This document shows, piece after piece, positions 14,451 through 27,330 of a stretch of DNA of 62,000 bases. The stretch comes from Lama guanicoe (lineage: Eukaryota). The position numbers and the translations under genes are program-made. Below the pieces are notes generated by a model, which ran no database searches, was not told the origin of the DNA, and worked only from the letters and a program-made list of their open reading frames with translations. Every line of letters begins with the position of its first letter. The first letter of the stretch is position 1. The stretch lies in assembly GCA_013239625.1 (NCBI GenBank), contig MU054338.1:5804724-5866723 (forward strand). The letters are read 5' to 3'.

Positions 14451-15294
14451 TACAAACAGCCAGCCTGTGTCCTCAGCTGTGGATGAGGGGCTGCCATCCG
14501 CTCTCGAAAGTGACAGTAGGGAGCCATCGTGAGTGTGCAAGGGACAACCAGGGCCAGGAGGAGGGAGGCAGGGAGGGGAGGGGCAGGTCACACAGGCCCC
14601 AAGTGCAAGGGCCCCACTGCCTGAGCTCTCACCCCTCTGCCCTCTGGGGATGAGGGTGTGAGGGTCAAAAGTCTGTGGTTACAGCGCCTGTCACCAGCTG
14701 CCTCCAGCCCGGGTTCCTCCTGCAGGAGTGGGGGTGGGGCGGAGGGGAGGATGTGGGCAGGACTTCCTGGAAAAGGGAGACCCTGCTGTCTGGGGGGTGG
14801 TGACCCTGGTACACACAGTCAGATGTTGTCAAACACACCTCACCCACCGCACACCAGACATACCACACAGCACAGACCCGCAACTCGACTCAGGTGCAAA
14901 ACAGGGGCCCACAAGTCATCGTTCCCCCTCTAAACAGTTCCACCCAAGGATGCAGGGGAACATCACAGATATGCCACACGGGCCTTGGTGGCTTCGTGTA
15001 CACAGCCACAGGGACACAGGGCCCCCAGGCACACAGCAGACATGTGACCGAGGCAGACACGCTTGGCTACACGCAGAAAACAGCTCAGACACACTCAGAC
15101 ACGGGCAGACACGTCCTCTGAGAACACAGCCACACAGGAGGCGCCCGGCTGGGGCACTCATATATATCTGCACACACAGCCTCCCCGGGGCCCACGACAC
15201 AGACGCGCTCACGTCGGCAGACCCAGAGGCCGCGGGGGAGGCGCGGCTGTGCCCCTGGGCCAGGCCCCCCACCTCGAGTCCCGTGTCCAGCGCT

Positions 15295-15478
15295 GGGGAA
15301 CTCCGAGGCTCACATGACCCGAGGGGAGGGCTTCTGGAACGGTTGGCGGAGAAACTGCATCATCCTCTCTAATGACCCATTTCCGCCCCCAGGGAATAAA
15401 GGCTGGGTGACCTGCCAGTTCTCCGGAGCTCACCTGCCTCTCTGAGCCCCCAGCTGACTGGCTCGTGCCTCCCCCAGG
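15295..15478 (+). promoter_or_regulatory. ACP5: ACP5 myeloid/osteoclast promoter (PU.1 site + MITF M-box) and short non-coding exon
   Basis: GGGGAA at 15295-15300 next to CTCACATGACC at 15309-15319 (= GGTCATGTGAG, the MITF element described for the TRAP promoter); donor AGG|GTGAGT at 15478/15479. Confidence 0.7.
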
Positions 15479-15700
15479 GTGAGTGCTGGGCCCCTGTGGC
15501 CACCCTCCCCCTGCCCCGCAGGCTGGACCCTGCCTGTCCGCTGACCCTCCCGGCCAGCTCTTGCCCTGAAATCCTCAGGGCATCAGGCCAGCCCTGCGGG
15601 GAGCTGTCTCCCCTTCTCAGAGCAGGGTGAGTGGGCTCTCGGGGGCCTGCTGCCCATGCCTCAGCCACAGTCCCCCAGATGCCTGTCTCTCCCCTCCCAG

Positions 15701-17446
15701 ATGGACGTGCAGACGGTGCTGTTTATCCTGCAAGCCTCGCTGATGCTCCCCCTGGTGCTCCCAGGGGCTTCCGGCGCCAGAACCAACACTGGCACCGCCC
15801 CTGCCCCCGTCCTGCGCTTCGTGGCTGTGGGTGACTGGGGAGGGGTCCCCAATGCCCCGTTCTACACAGCCCGGGAAATGGCCAATGCCAAGGAAATTGC
15901 CAGGACCGTTCAGATCCTGGGTGCAGACTTCATCCTGTCCCTGGGGGACAACTTCTACTTCTCCGGAGTGCAGAATGCCAATGACAAGAGGTTCCAGGTG
16001 TGCGACACTGGAGTAGTGGGTGGTGGGGCGGGGCGTGGGGCGGGAAGGGGGAAGATGTGATCCACCTTTGGACATCGGAGAAGGCAGAGGGATGCTGACA
16101 TTTGTAGGCACTCAGTGTCTCTCTGGTCCCCGGCCCCTGACTTGGTGGGAGCATCCAGGGGCTGCTTGAACTTGGGGTGGGGGCTGCCCTCCCCTGTCTG
16201 CTGCAGGAGACCTTTGAGGACGTGTTCTCTGCCTCCTCCCTCCGTAACGTGCCCTGGCACGTGCTGGCTGGCAACCACGACCACCTGGGGAACGTCTCAG
16301 CACAGATAGCCTACTCCAGGATCTCCAAGCGCTGGTGAGCCTGCCCCTCCCATGCCACCCCCTCCCCTGCAGCCTCGCCCAAGTGGACCATGAGACCCAT
16401 CAGCCAGAGCTGATCCTGGGGCTTCTCTGCCCAAGATGGGCACCCACTGCCTCTGTCCCATCCACAGGAACTTCCCCAGCCCTTACTACCGCCTGCGCTT
16501 CAAGATCCCACGGTCCAATGTGTCCGTGGCCATCTTCATGCTGGACACGGTGACACTGTGTGGCAACTCGGATGACTTTGCCAGCCAGCAGCCTGAGAGG
16601 CCCCGCAACCTGGCCATGGCCCGCACACAGCTGGCCTGGCTCAAGAAGCAGCTGGCAGCGGCCAAGGAGGACTACGTGCTGGTGGCTGGCCACTACCCAG
16701 TGTGGTCCATCGCTGAGCATGGGCCCACCCACTGCCTGGTCAAGCAATTGCTGCCACTTCTGACCACACACAAGGTCACCGCCTACCTGTGTGGCCACGA
16801 TCACAACCTGCAGGTGAGAGGCCAGAGGGTGGGGTGGGGGCCTGGTAAGGGGCCCCCAGCCTGGCCAATGTGCCACAGGGGACAAAGGGGTCCTCCTCCC
16901 TCAAACTCTATGCTCTACCCAGGAAACAGCCCCAAATTCTCTTGCTCCCGGTTGCCAGTTGCCTCCTCAGTTCTCTACCTGCGCAGCAGGCTACACTCCC
17001 ACAGGAGGGGAAACCGGCCCCGGGGGATTATTTATGTTTCTTGTTTACGGTGACTCTGCGGGCAGGGACAGCCCTGACCCTGGGCTCCAGACGGCTGTGT
17101 ACCAAACCCACGGGCAACCTCACCGAGGGTCTGGGGGCTCCGCTGACCCTGAGTTCTCTGCCCACAGTACCTTCAGGATGAGAATGGCATGGGCTTCGTG
17201 CTGAGCGGGGCTGGGAACTTCATGGACCCCTCAAAAAAACACCTGCGCAAGGTTCCCAATGGCTACCTGCGCTTCCACTACGGGGCTGAGAACTCGCTGG
17301 GTGGCTTCGCCTACGTGGAGATCAGCCCCAAGGAGATGAGTATCACGTACATCGAAGCCTCGGGCAAGTCTCTCTTCAAGACCAAGCTGCCAAGGCGAGC
17401 CAGATCTCAGCACCAGAACCAACGGGGGCGCCACGCTGTGGCCTGA
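15701..17446 (+). CDS. ACP5: Tartrate-resistant acid phosphatase type 5 (TRAP/uteroferrin), 349 aa
   Basis: Exons 15701-15997, 16207-16334, 16468-16813, 17168-17446 (1050 nt), all GT-AG. Purple acid phosphatase motifs GDWG, GDNFY, GNHD, GHYP and GHDH are intact. AATAAA at 17731-17736. Confidence 0.98.
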
Positions 17447-17925
17447 GTTCGAAGTGCCTCCCTGCTGGGATCCCCACCAGTGGGCAGGCTTTCTCAGGGG
17501 CATGTGGTGCTATGGCAGAGCAAGAAGGAGAAGGACAGGTGAGGCACGGTGGTGCCACATGGCCCTTGTGACAAGGATGCCTGCATATGTGAAAGAAGTG
17601 TGGACGCTTGTACCCGCCAGAGCGCCAGGCCCCATGGCCCTGTTCGCCCAGCCTGAGTTCCAGGCAATGGGGGGCAGGGAGGGAAAGCTCTCTCCCAGAT
17701 CAGGCATCCTTCTGTCACTGCCGAATAGTCAATAAAAAAAAATAGTTGCAAAGGCTGAATGTGTGTCATGAGTGTCCCTTTCCCCACCTCACTGGTGAGA
17801 TGCATCACCTGGGTTTGAAAGGGTTAAGGGGCCCCAGCTTGCTGGTCTGCACCGCCGACTCTCAGCCCCATCCATAACCGACTGGCCTCATACATGGATG
17901 TGATTTTAAGTAAAGACCAAACAGA

Positions 17926-18025
17926 GGGGTGGGGAGTAGGTCAGTGGTAGAGTGCATGCTCAGCATGCCCAAAGTCCTGGGTTCAATCCCCAGTATTTCC
18001 ATTAAAAGAAAGAAAGAAAGAAAGA
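17926..18025 (+). mobile_element. tRNA-derived SINE (vic-1 type)
   Basis: cagtggtagagtgcatgctcagcatg...gggttcaatccccagta, followed by an (AAAG)n tail. Confidence 0.8.
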
Positions 18026-19281
18026 AGGGTGCAACAGGAAGCCAGCCTTCCTCCGCCACACCTGCCTGCCTCCCTGAGGGCAACAATCATCAAGTTCTTT
18101 CCTTTTATAATAAAAACACCTGCCTTTTTTCAACAAGGCATCCTGAAATATAAACAGTTCTGCACGCGTTCTACTTAACCACCCCTTGATGGTTGACATC
18201 AGAACATTCATTTTTGTTCATTTCGATATGGAATCGGGGATATTTATATGGTTCAAAAATCTAAACTTTGTAGAAAAGTATGATCTCTCAGCCCCACCCG
18301 GTCCACCTCTCCTCTCCGGAGAGGAAACAGCTTTTTATAAATGCTTCATGTTTCCCTCCAGGATTTCTCTGTGCAGATGAAAGCAAACGTGAACTTTTTT
18401 CCTCCGCTTTCCTACTGATCTGCCTTTTGCTTTTCTTTCTTTTTGTTTTTCTTTTCCATACCATCTTTATCAAGGTACAGTTGATATATTTTAAGTGTGC
18501 AGCTCAGTAAGTTGTGACCCACCACCACAGTCAAGATACAAGCACGTTCCTCACCCGCCCAAATGTTCTCTTTTGCAATTTGCTGTTTCTGCCTGTGGTA
18601 CCTGGACATCTGCCCATCTGCCCTCGGGGGTGCTTCTTCCTGCAGCTACAGAGGCCCCACTGTGTGCCTGTCCCCCCTGTCTACCTAAACAGCCACCTCC
18701 CGAGGGTCACCTGGATTGCTTCCAATACCTTTGCTATCCTCAGACAATGCTGCTACATGCGACCCCGCACACTTGCTTCCTGCCTGAGCAGATACGTTTG
18801 GAAGATAAACAAGATACGGTTCCCAGAGCTGGACTGCTGTTTGACAGCCCCGGAGTTTCTGTCTTATGTCACCAGCTCCCCTCTGGGACCTGCCAAAATC
18901 TTTTCCCCTCTTTTCCTCTTACCAACAGAGCTGCAGCGGACACCCCTGGACCCATGCTTTTGTACATCTGTGCAAGTTTGTACGTGGGAAAACTTCCAGA
19001 AGCAGGATTATTTCAGGGCCTGCTTCTGCTGAGGAATGCTACAAACAGACTGCTCACCCTGAGCTGAAAGCTGCAGAGAAACCCAGTTCCCCCCTGGGCT
19101 TCTGAGTTGACTAACACCACCACAAACAGCCTGAGCCAGCCAGGCGGCAGGGACCGCACCCTTGGCCCCACCCTCAACAGCCACTGTGACTGCTACCAGC
19201 CAGGGCCCCAACTATTTGGCTCCCCCTGCCAACCCAGCTGAATGACATGAAACAGCAACCTGGACAAAATACGTGAGGTTA

Positions 19282-19437
19282 CTGAGTTCTGGGCAATGGT
19301 GGGGTGGGAGGGTAGGGGAGCAGGGAGGCGGGGCTGGAGAGCTCTCTCCTGAATCAAGCATCCGTCATTGCCAAATAGTTCATAAGAGAATAGTTGCAAA
19401 GGCTGAAGGTGTGTCATAGCGTCCCTTGCCTCACCTC
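19282..19437 (+). repeat. Diverged duplicate of the ACP5 3'UTR end / polyA region (17653-17790)
   Basis: Shared blocks ctgagttc..ggcaatgg, agctctctcc..atca.gcatcc, atagttgcaaaggctgaa.gtgtgtcat and gtccctt..c.cacctc. Confidence 0.85.
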
Positions 19438-20640
19438 TCTAGGGAGAGGAACTTGGTGGAAGTGGCCCCTTTCCTTTGCTACTTTGTAGCCATCAATACA
19501 GCTAAACTCTTTACAAGGTACATGTGTTACTGTTAAAATTAAACAAAGTTAACTTACCAAAATTTACCTTGAGTTCCTTCCAGCTGACATCAATACCAGC
19601 CAAGCTCTGTGCCAAAAAAACAAAACAAAAACAAAGAAAAAAACCGTCACTTCTAAACCTGGCCTATCAAGAAAAGGCCAGCATCATCCTGGCTTCTCAG
19701 AGGACATCACAGAAGCTCCACAGATCAAGTCAGGTGCCCAAAGGCATGCCCAGGAGGTGGCAGACCCTCAGTCACCCATAACCACAATAGTCAAGGCAGC
19801 TCACAGTCGCCCTGCCACTTCCCACTGACTCAGAGGCTCCAGGTAGGCAGGGGGCTGAATCAGAGTTCAGCCCAGTGTCCCTGTTTGCCAAGCGTGGAAT
19901 TAGCCCAACATTCCTGTTCACAGGGCCCAGAGAGTGGAAAGGAGAAGTGACACATCCAAGCTAACACAGGAGCAAGTGGCAGGGAGGGGACTGGGCCCCT
20001 CCTCTGCAATGACCAAGGACTTTTACCAAGCACCAAGGACCAAGTCCTGTGCCAACCCAGGAGCACCAAAAGGAATAAGGCAGGGTGGACACACAGGCCC
20101 CCAGAGAGGGCTTCCATCCAGCTCAGGGACGTCCACCCGCACACGGCCGTTGTTAGAAATGCCTTGTAAAGTACAGGGAGTAAGATGGCAGAATTCCTTA
20201 AGACTAGTCGCAGAGTCTCGTCTGTTCTCACTTTTCCCGGGCAACTGCATCTGACTCAATCATCATGGATAATATCATCTCCCCCCTCCACTCAGCCCAG
20301 GTGCTGGGCCGACCAGGGCACCCTCATCCCGCCAGCAGGTTGTCGCTGGAGTGTCAGGCCACACCCACCCCTCAACAGCCTGGGAGGCCAGGAATCATGA
20401 ATAGCGAGGTCAGAAACCTGCTTTACCAAAGAGCAAAATGCACTGTCATCAAAACAGCATGACACTGGCTCTGGGAAAACATCCAGAAGTAGTCCAGAAA
20501 CAAACTCAAGAACACATGAGCACATGATGTAGGTTAAGGTGGCACCGCAGCGTCATGGACAGATGCTATCTGCCTCGTGGATTTACCTAGAACAAGACAG
20601 TCTGAACCTTACTTCAGACTGTATACAAAAACGAATTCCG

Positions 20641-20765
20641 GGGGGGAGGGCATAGCTCAAGTGGTAAAGCGCATGCTTAATGTGCATGAGGTCCTGGGTT
20701 CAATCCCCAGTACCTCTGTTATAAAAAGAATTATATAAATAAACCTAATTACCCCTTCCAAAACA
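20641..20765 (+). mobile_element. tRNA-derived SINE (vic-1 type) inserted in an old L1
   Basis: A/B boxes and taaacctaattacccc tail; flanking gaattcc repeats. Confidence 0.85.
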
Positions 20766-22488
20766 ATGAATTCCAGGGGAATCACATATTTCAGCATAAA
20801 AATAAAATACAAAAGATGAAAACGAACACAAAGATCTGAATGAGATAGTTCATAGGAGCTTTATTCATAATTGGCCCAAACTGGAAACAACCCAAATGTC
20901 CATCAATGGGCGAAAAGATAAATTGTGATCTAGCTATACAACCGAGTACAACTCAGTGATGAAAAGGAACAACTGCCGATAAGTACATGGGTGTGCCTCA
21001 GACGTACTAAACTGAGTAAAAGAAGCCAAACTCAAAAGCCTCCATACCGTGATTGTTTTTGTGACTTCCTCAAAAACTGCAAAGCGTTAGGAACTGAAAA
21101 CAGATCAGCTGCTGTCAAGGGCTGGGGGTTGGGTAGGAACTGACTACAAAGAGATATAAGAAACTTCTTGGGGAGGGGATGGAAACATTCACTATCTTGA
21201 TTGTGGTGATGATTTCACGGGTGTATGTAAATAGCAAAACATGCAGTTTACTGTCTAACAATGATATCACAATAAAGATGTCAGGGAAAGGAGGAAGAAA
21301 GGGAAGGAGGGAGAGAGAGAGAGAAGAAAGGAAAAGGGAAAGAAAAGAAAGAAAAAAACAGCAAAACTGGCAATCATGAGTGAATATAGAATTGTCCATA
21401 TACACTGTGGCAGAGTCACACAACAGTTCCCTGTATGTGTGTTGACTGCTAAGTGGAAACAGCAAGTTACAAAGTAACATGTGTAGCATGCTCCCAACCT
21501 GAGTGTATCCAGGTTTGCACAAGCAGGGGAGAGAGGGTCCTCCAGAGAGGCACTTCCAAAGGTTACACTTGGCCGTTTCAAGACTAACACTGCCCTCTAG
21601 AGGACTTGTTGGAGACAGATTTATTGCAAATAATCTCATTACAAGTCGTTTTCCTAAACACTCTAATGAAACAGCTCTTATCAAGATCTCCAGGGACCAA
21701 ACACTTGCCAAAGTCAACAAGTCAATTCTCTTTTCTCATCTGACTCAAACTCAGCAACAGGTGACACAGCTGATCACTCTGGCCATCTTGAAACATCTTC
21801 TGGAGGCTTCTAGGAGAGGATAACTCACTTCTTTCTTGTCCTACCTCACTGGGTGGGCCCACTCTCCTGCTGGCTCCTCTTCCTCCTCACCTCTAAGGTT
21901 GGGGAGCCCTTGGTCTCCTTCTTAGCCCCCTTCTTTTGCTGTTTTGCCCCTCACCCCCAAAACCATGTGAACTCCTCTGGATACCCCCTGTATAAAATGA
22001 TGCTCAAAATCACTCCAGATCCTTCTGAGATCCTGACTCCAGTTCCAATTGTTCCATATGCTTGTCTCAAACCTATCACAGCCAAACACAACCCTTGACC
22101 GCTCCTCCAAATCACCTCCCTTAAGATTTCCTCATCTAAGTAAGAGGCAGCACCCAGGGTCTCCAGACTTTTAAGAGTCACCCCTGCCTCTCCTCTCTCC
22201 TTCACTCCCTCATAAATTCTATAGGTGCTACTTCTGTCTGTGTAATTCCTACTCAGGCTTTGGGGTTCGTCCTGAGCATCAGGCTCCCAGAGGAGCCTTC
22301 CCTAACTTCTCAGACTGGTTTGGCAACCCCCTCCACCATAATCTGCTCTGAGATCCAAATGCATTCCTCTGTTGCACTGAACAATGTAGCAACTGATCCT
22401 TTATGTTTAAGGCCTCTTCACTACTTCGTGGGAATTGCCGAGCCTTGTTGGAGCCCTCACCTAGCCCCTACCTGCCTATCCAACCTCG

Positions 22489-23013
22489 TGTGAATGAAAA
22501 ATGTTGCCCGCCATCTAAACAAAGTATGTTGCAGCCATCAAGCCACTACAGCCGGCGCCTGGCGGTGAGCACTGAGACAACTCAGGGTGGAGACAAACGA
22601 GCTGCCTTCAGCCCTCAGCCACAGCAGCCACCCCCAACGGTTCACCCAGAAGGGACTCAGGATGGGACAAAGAACAGGATACTGGCCCTAGAGAGCTAAG
22701 GTGCTTATCAAAGGAATGATTTCAGTGACCCTAGACCCTTGCACCTCCCCTCCATAGAAATACGCAAAATTCCTTAACTTGAGATGTCTGGTTTTCTTTT
22801 GGGGGAGGGGTTCTTTAACTAACAGTAATCTTTTGATATTCTGACTATCTGGTCTCTGTTGCAAAATCTGTATATCCTGGCTCCTCTCTTACCTCTTCGG
22901 AGCACTCAGAGCTATTCTGAGAGGCTGCCACCCAGCCTTTAAGCCCTCAGAAAGTCTGCCTAATAAAATATAATTCTCAACTTTGAGGTTGTGCTTTTTT
23001 TTTTTCAATCTAC
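22489..23013 (+). mobile_element. Solo LTR (ERV1-like) just upstream of the ELOF1 promoter
   Basis: TG start, internal repeated cagcc..agccac blocks, TATA-like tgtatatc, AATAAA at 22962-22967 and an R/U5-like tail. Confidence 0.65.
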
Positions 23014-23029
23014 GTGTATGGTAACTTCG

Positions 23030-23180
23030 AGCCCTCAAAGTGTGGTCCAGGGACCAAAGCATGGACGTCACTGGGGAGCCAATCAGAAAGGCAGACTTCC
23101 AGGCCCCACTCCTGTCCTAATAAACCAGAACCTGAATTGTAATAATATCTGCAGGTTCTTGTTAAAATTTGAGAAGAGCG
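23030..23180. mobile_element. MER5-type hAT MITE
   Basis: ctcaaagtgtggtcc...gcagacttccaggccccac...aaaatttgagaa. Confidence 0.6.
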
Positions 23181-23379
23181 TCTTAGAAGCTTCCCCCTCA
23201 CTCGGATTCCGCCACACCTGTATTTGCAATTCCTCCGCACTGAGATATGTGTGTTCCCCGTCGGGGTGACCCAGGTGAGCTGCCAGGGGCTGGGATTTGA
23301 ACAGAGACAGAAGAGAAGCGAATATGCTGCAGCCAAGGGAGGGGCTGCCTTTCCAGTGCTGCTAAGCCCCGGTCCACCA

Positions 23380-23920
23380 CCCCCGAAAGGCGGGAAAGCC
23401 ACCACCAGAGCTCGCCGGAAGCGCCTGGGAAGCGAGTACGCATGTGCGCAGAGAAGATGCTGGAGGGGGCGGTCCCTACTCCCTGGGCGGTCCCGGCGGC
23501 CGGTTGGCGAGACGGAAGGAGAGGGGAGGGATTTCCGCCTCCGCCAAGAATCGGAAGTCACTGTCTCCCGGGTGAACGAGGCAGTCGCTACGAGGATCGG
23601 CAAGTGCAGGTGAGGGTTCGCGCGGGCAAGCGTTGGGGCTGAGAGGGGTCGATCGCTCTACGACTCCAGGACGGGTGCTCACGGGGTCCTGGGGGAGGCG
23701 CCGAGGGACCAGGGCTTGGGGGGCGGCCCGTCGGGGAGCTTGCCTCCGGGAGGTCCCAGCCCGCTAAGCGCGGCTGCTCGGAGGCCTGGCTCCTACGGGC
23801 GGCCAGCGAGAGGCGACGCCGAAGCCTCAGTGAGTCTGGAGCGACCAGCTCACCCGCCGCCTCTTGAGTCACGGCAGGGTCGGTGGCTGAGCCCTCTTCC
23901 AGCCCCCCTTGGCGCACTTG
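23380..23920 (+). promoter_or_regulatory. ELOF1: ELOF1 CpG-island promoter and non-coding exon 1 (donor at 23609/23610)
   Basis: ETS CCGGAAG/CGGAAGT, NRF1-like GCATGTGCGCA, GC box; GCAG|GTGAGG donor. Confidence 0.75.
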
Positions 23921-24850
23921 GACTTAGATCTCCACAAAAGTGCATCCCGAAGTCCCCGGAGCTTTATGTGCAGGCCAGACCCGTTTTCTGGAATGTAGTT
24001 GTGGGTGCTGTGGTCACTGGAAAAAACGAGAGGTTCTGGGGCTCATCTGTAGCTTCTGATCCCGGAGACTTCTTTGTGTATTCAACAGATAGTTACTGAG
24101 CACTTAGTGCATACCAGGCACTGTGCGTGCTGGGGATTCAGCAGTGGGCAAATCATGCTCGCACCCCAGCCCGCAGCACTGACATTCTAGTGGAGAAGTG
24201 GTCAGATGCTGGATGTATTTTAGAGATCGAACAGTAGGATTGGGGTGGGGTAAGGGGCGTGGGAGAGGGCCAGAGGAATCGAGGATGAGTCCAAGGTTTT
24301 TGGAACTTGCTCTCTGCTGAGCTGAGGAAGACTGCGGGAGAGCAGGTTGGGGTGTTTGGAGCTTGGTTCTGGACAGGTTACCTTTAAACGCTTGTTAGCA
24401 TCGGAAGAAGTGTGGCTGAGGCAGGTAGTCAGGGGAGTCTGCGGTTCAGAGGTGACAAAAGTGTAGAGGAGGCTTGTGAAGCCCTGACACTGGGTGAGCT
24501 CTCTGTGGAGATGAATGGAGATGGAGCAGCGAGGGACCCAAAGATTGAGTTTGTGGCCTCTCGTGATGTGGGGGTGGGGGTGGGATCACAGCAGCAGCAA
24601 AGACTGAGGAGCTGCCATTGAGGAGGGGGTGGGAGAGTGCAGGGCCCTGAGAGCCTTGTGAGAAGGGTGGGAGGAGGAACTAGGGTGTCCAGTGCCCCTA
24701 GGAGTGGGGACTGCCCCTTGGGGTGGACAGCATGGCGGGGGCATCTGTGTGGAGAGAATGGGAAATGGGAGGGAAAGCCCCTGGGATCCTCAGGGCCCTG
24801 TGCCAGTCCTCCCTTCACCACAGGCCAGCCAGGCGTGCTTGCCAGCCTGA

Positions 24851-25623
<773 letters not shown>

Positions 25624-26609
25624 CAACGCAGAAGACCCACCCCCCTTGGCAGCCCCGCCTGCTGGGTACCAATCCAGAGACATTCCAGGGTTGGGGTGTG
25701 GGTCCAGGGCCTTTGCAGCCCTTTGTGTGTGTGGAATGGGTGTGAATGTGAGTGTGTATGGCTGCAGGTGTGGCTGTGGGGGTGTCCTCGCGGGCACGGG
25801 GTGGAGTTGAAGGGTTGCTGGGCCCCAAGGGCCTGAACTGCCTCTCTCAGCTCTCAAAGCCTTTGACTGGCTCCCTCTTCTGGCGCCTGGCTCCTCTGGG
25901 GCCCTGGTCAGGACATCCCAGGCGAGGGCAGGCTCGGCTGAGGCTGCCTCAGGACTCTCCAGCCTCCTCACCCATGTCACCAGCACTTGTCCATGTGAAC
26001 TGGACTGCCCACCCTCCTTCCTTGCCCTCCAAGGCCTTGGGCCTGCGGTTCCAGCCACAGTCCCAGGGGCCCCCTGGCAGGGTGGCCCGATTTCATGTTT
26101 GGTTGCTGTTGTAGTGGAGGGGGGGCTGGGTTGGAGACAGCTGTCAGTCACAAGCCCTTAAATAAAGCAGCCAATGCAAAACTCTTGGCTTTCTGATTTC
26201 CTAGGCTCTGGGTCAGCCCCAGGGGCTCAATGAGGTAAAGGGGGAGGCTCAGGCATTCCAAGGTGGCCTAGCAGGCTGGTAGAAGTGGAGTTTGGTCAGT
26301 CCTTCCAACTGTCCAATGTTTGGTCCGCTCTGCAGGCATTGGGGGTGAAACCAGGGAAACGGGTCTAATGGTGTGGGGGTGGGGTGGTCAGCCTGAAGGG
26401 GGTAAGGCTCAAGGGCCACCTTCTACCCTAGACTGTTCTTGAACCCAGGAGGCCTGGCTTCATAGCCTGGGGGTCTCACTTCCTCATGAGTGCAGGGTCC
26501 AGGCTGAGGGAACAGCTCTTGGCTTCCTGGGGGCTGTGGGGAGGACTGGAGGAGTCTGGGGTAGTGAAAGGGGCCTTTTTCCTAGGGTGGTGAGGAGTCT
26601 TGGAAGGCT

Positions 26610-27330
26610 GGAAGTGGGGCCTGAGGCACGCTCGTGGTGTAATATTGGTCTTTGTGCACCCCCCCACACACACACCCTCTCCCTGAGTTCCTGGCACAAA
26701 GCTCCTAAAACCTTGGAATTTCCTGAGCAACCTGGAGTATCTTTTGTCATTCATAAAGAGCCCCTCTGATCACTCCTGAGGTTATGCTAATGAGGTGATT
26801 TAGGGTCGGGCTGGTCACTGGAAAGGGATTATTAAAATCTCAGAGGCACCGGCCAACCCTGGGAAGGGGGAGGGGGTGCTGCAGATTAAGCTGCTGTGAA
26901 AACAAAATCTGATGAGCTTCGGCGTTAAACGCAGAGACCCTGGGACACTTGGAGAGGGCAGGGGTGGGCCACACTCCTCCGCCTCACCTCGCCCCACACA
27001 CCTTCCACCCGGCCGAGTTAGGTCCTTTTGTAATAAGCCACTAATCTAATTAGTAAAATGTTTCTCCAGCTTCTTTGAGCTACTCTAGTAAATTAACCAA
27101 ATCTGAGGAGGGGGTCATGGGAACCACCCATCTACAGCCGGTTGGTCCGAAGCACAGGTAACAACCTGGACTTGTGATTGGCGGCTGGAGTGGGGAGGGG
27201 CTGTCTTGAACTTAACCCTTATCCTGTGGGATCTGGTGTTCTGTCCAGGCAGATAGTGTTAGAACTGAGTTAACTGTGGTGGTGTTGGAAAAAACCCATC
27301 TGAATATGGCTGGTGGTGAGCACCTGGCTA
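26610..27330. mobile_element. Old ERV LTR (MER21-like)
   Basis: gttatgctaatgaggtga, tactctagtaaattaaccaaatctgaggaggggg and tgtgggatctg blocks. Confidence 0.5.
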
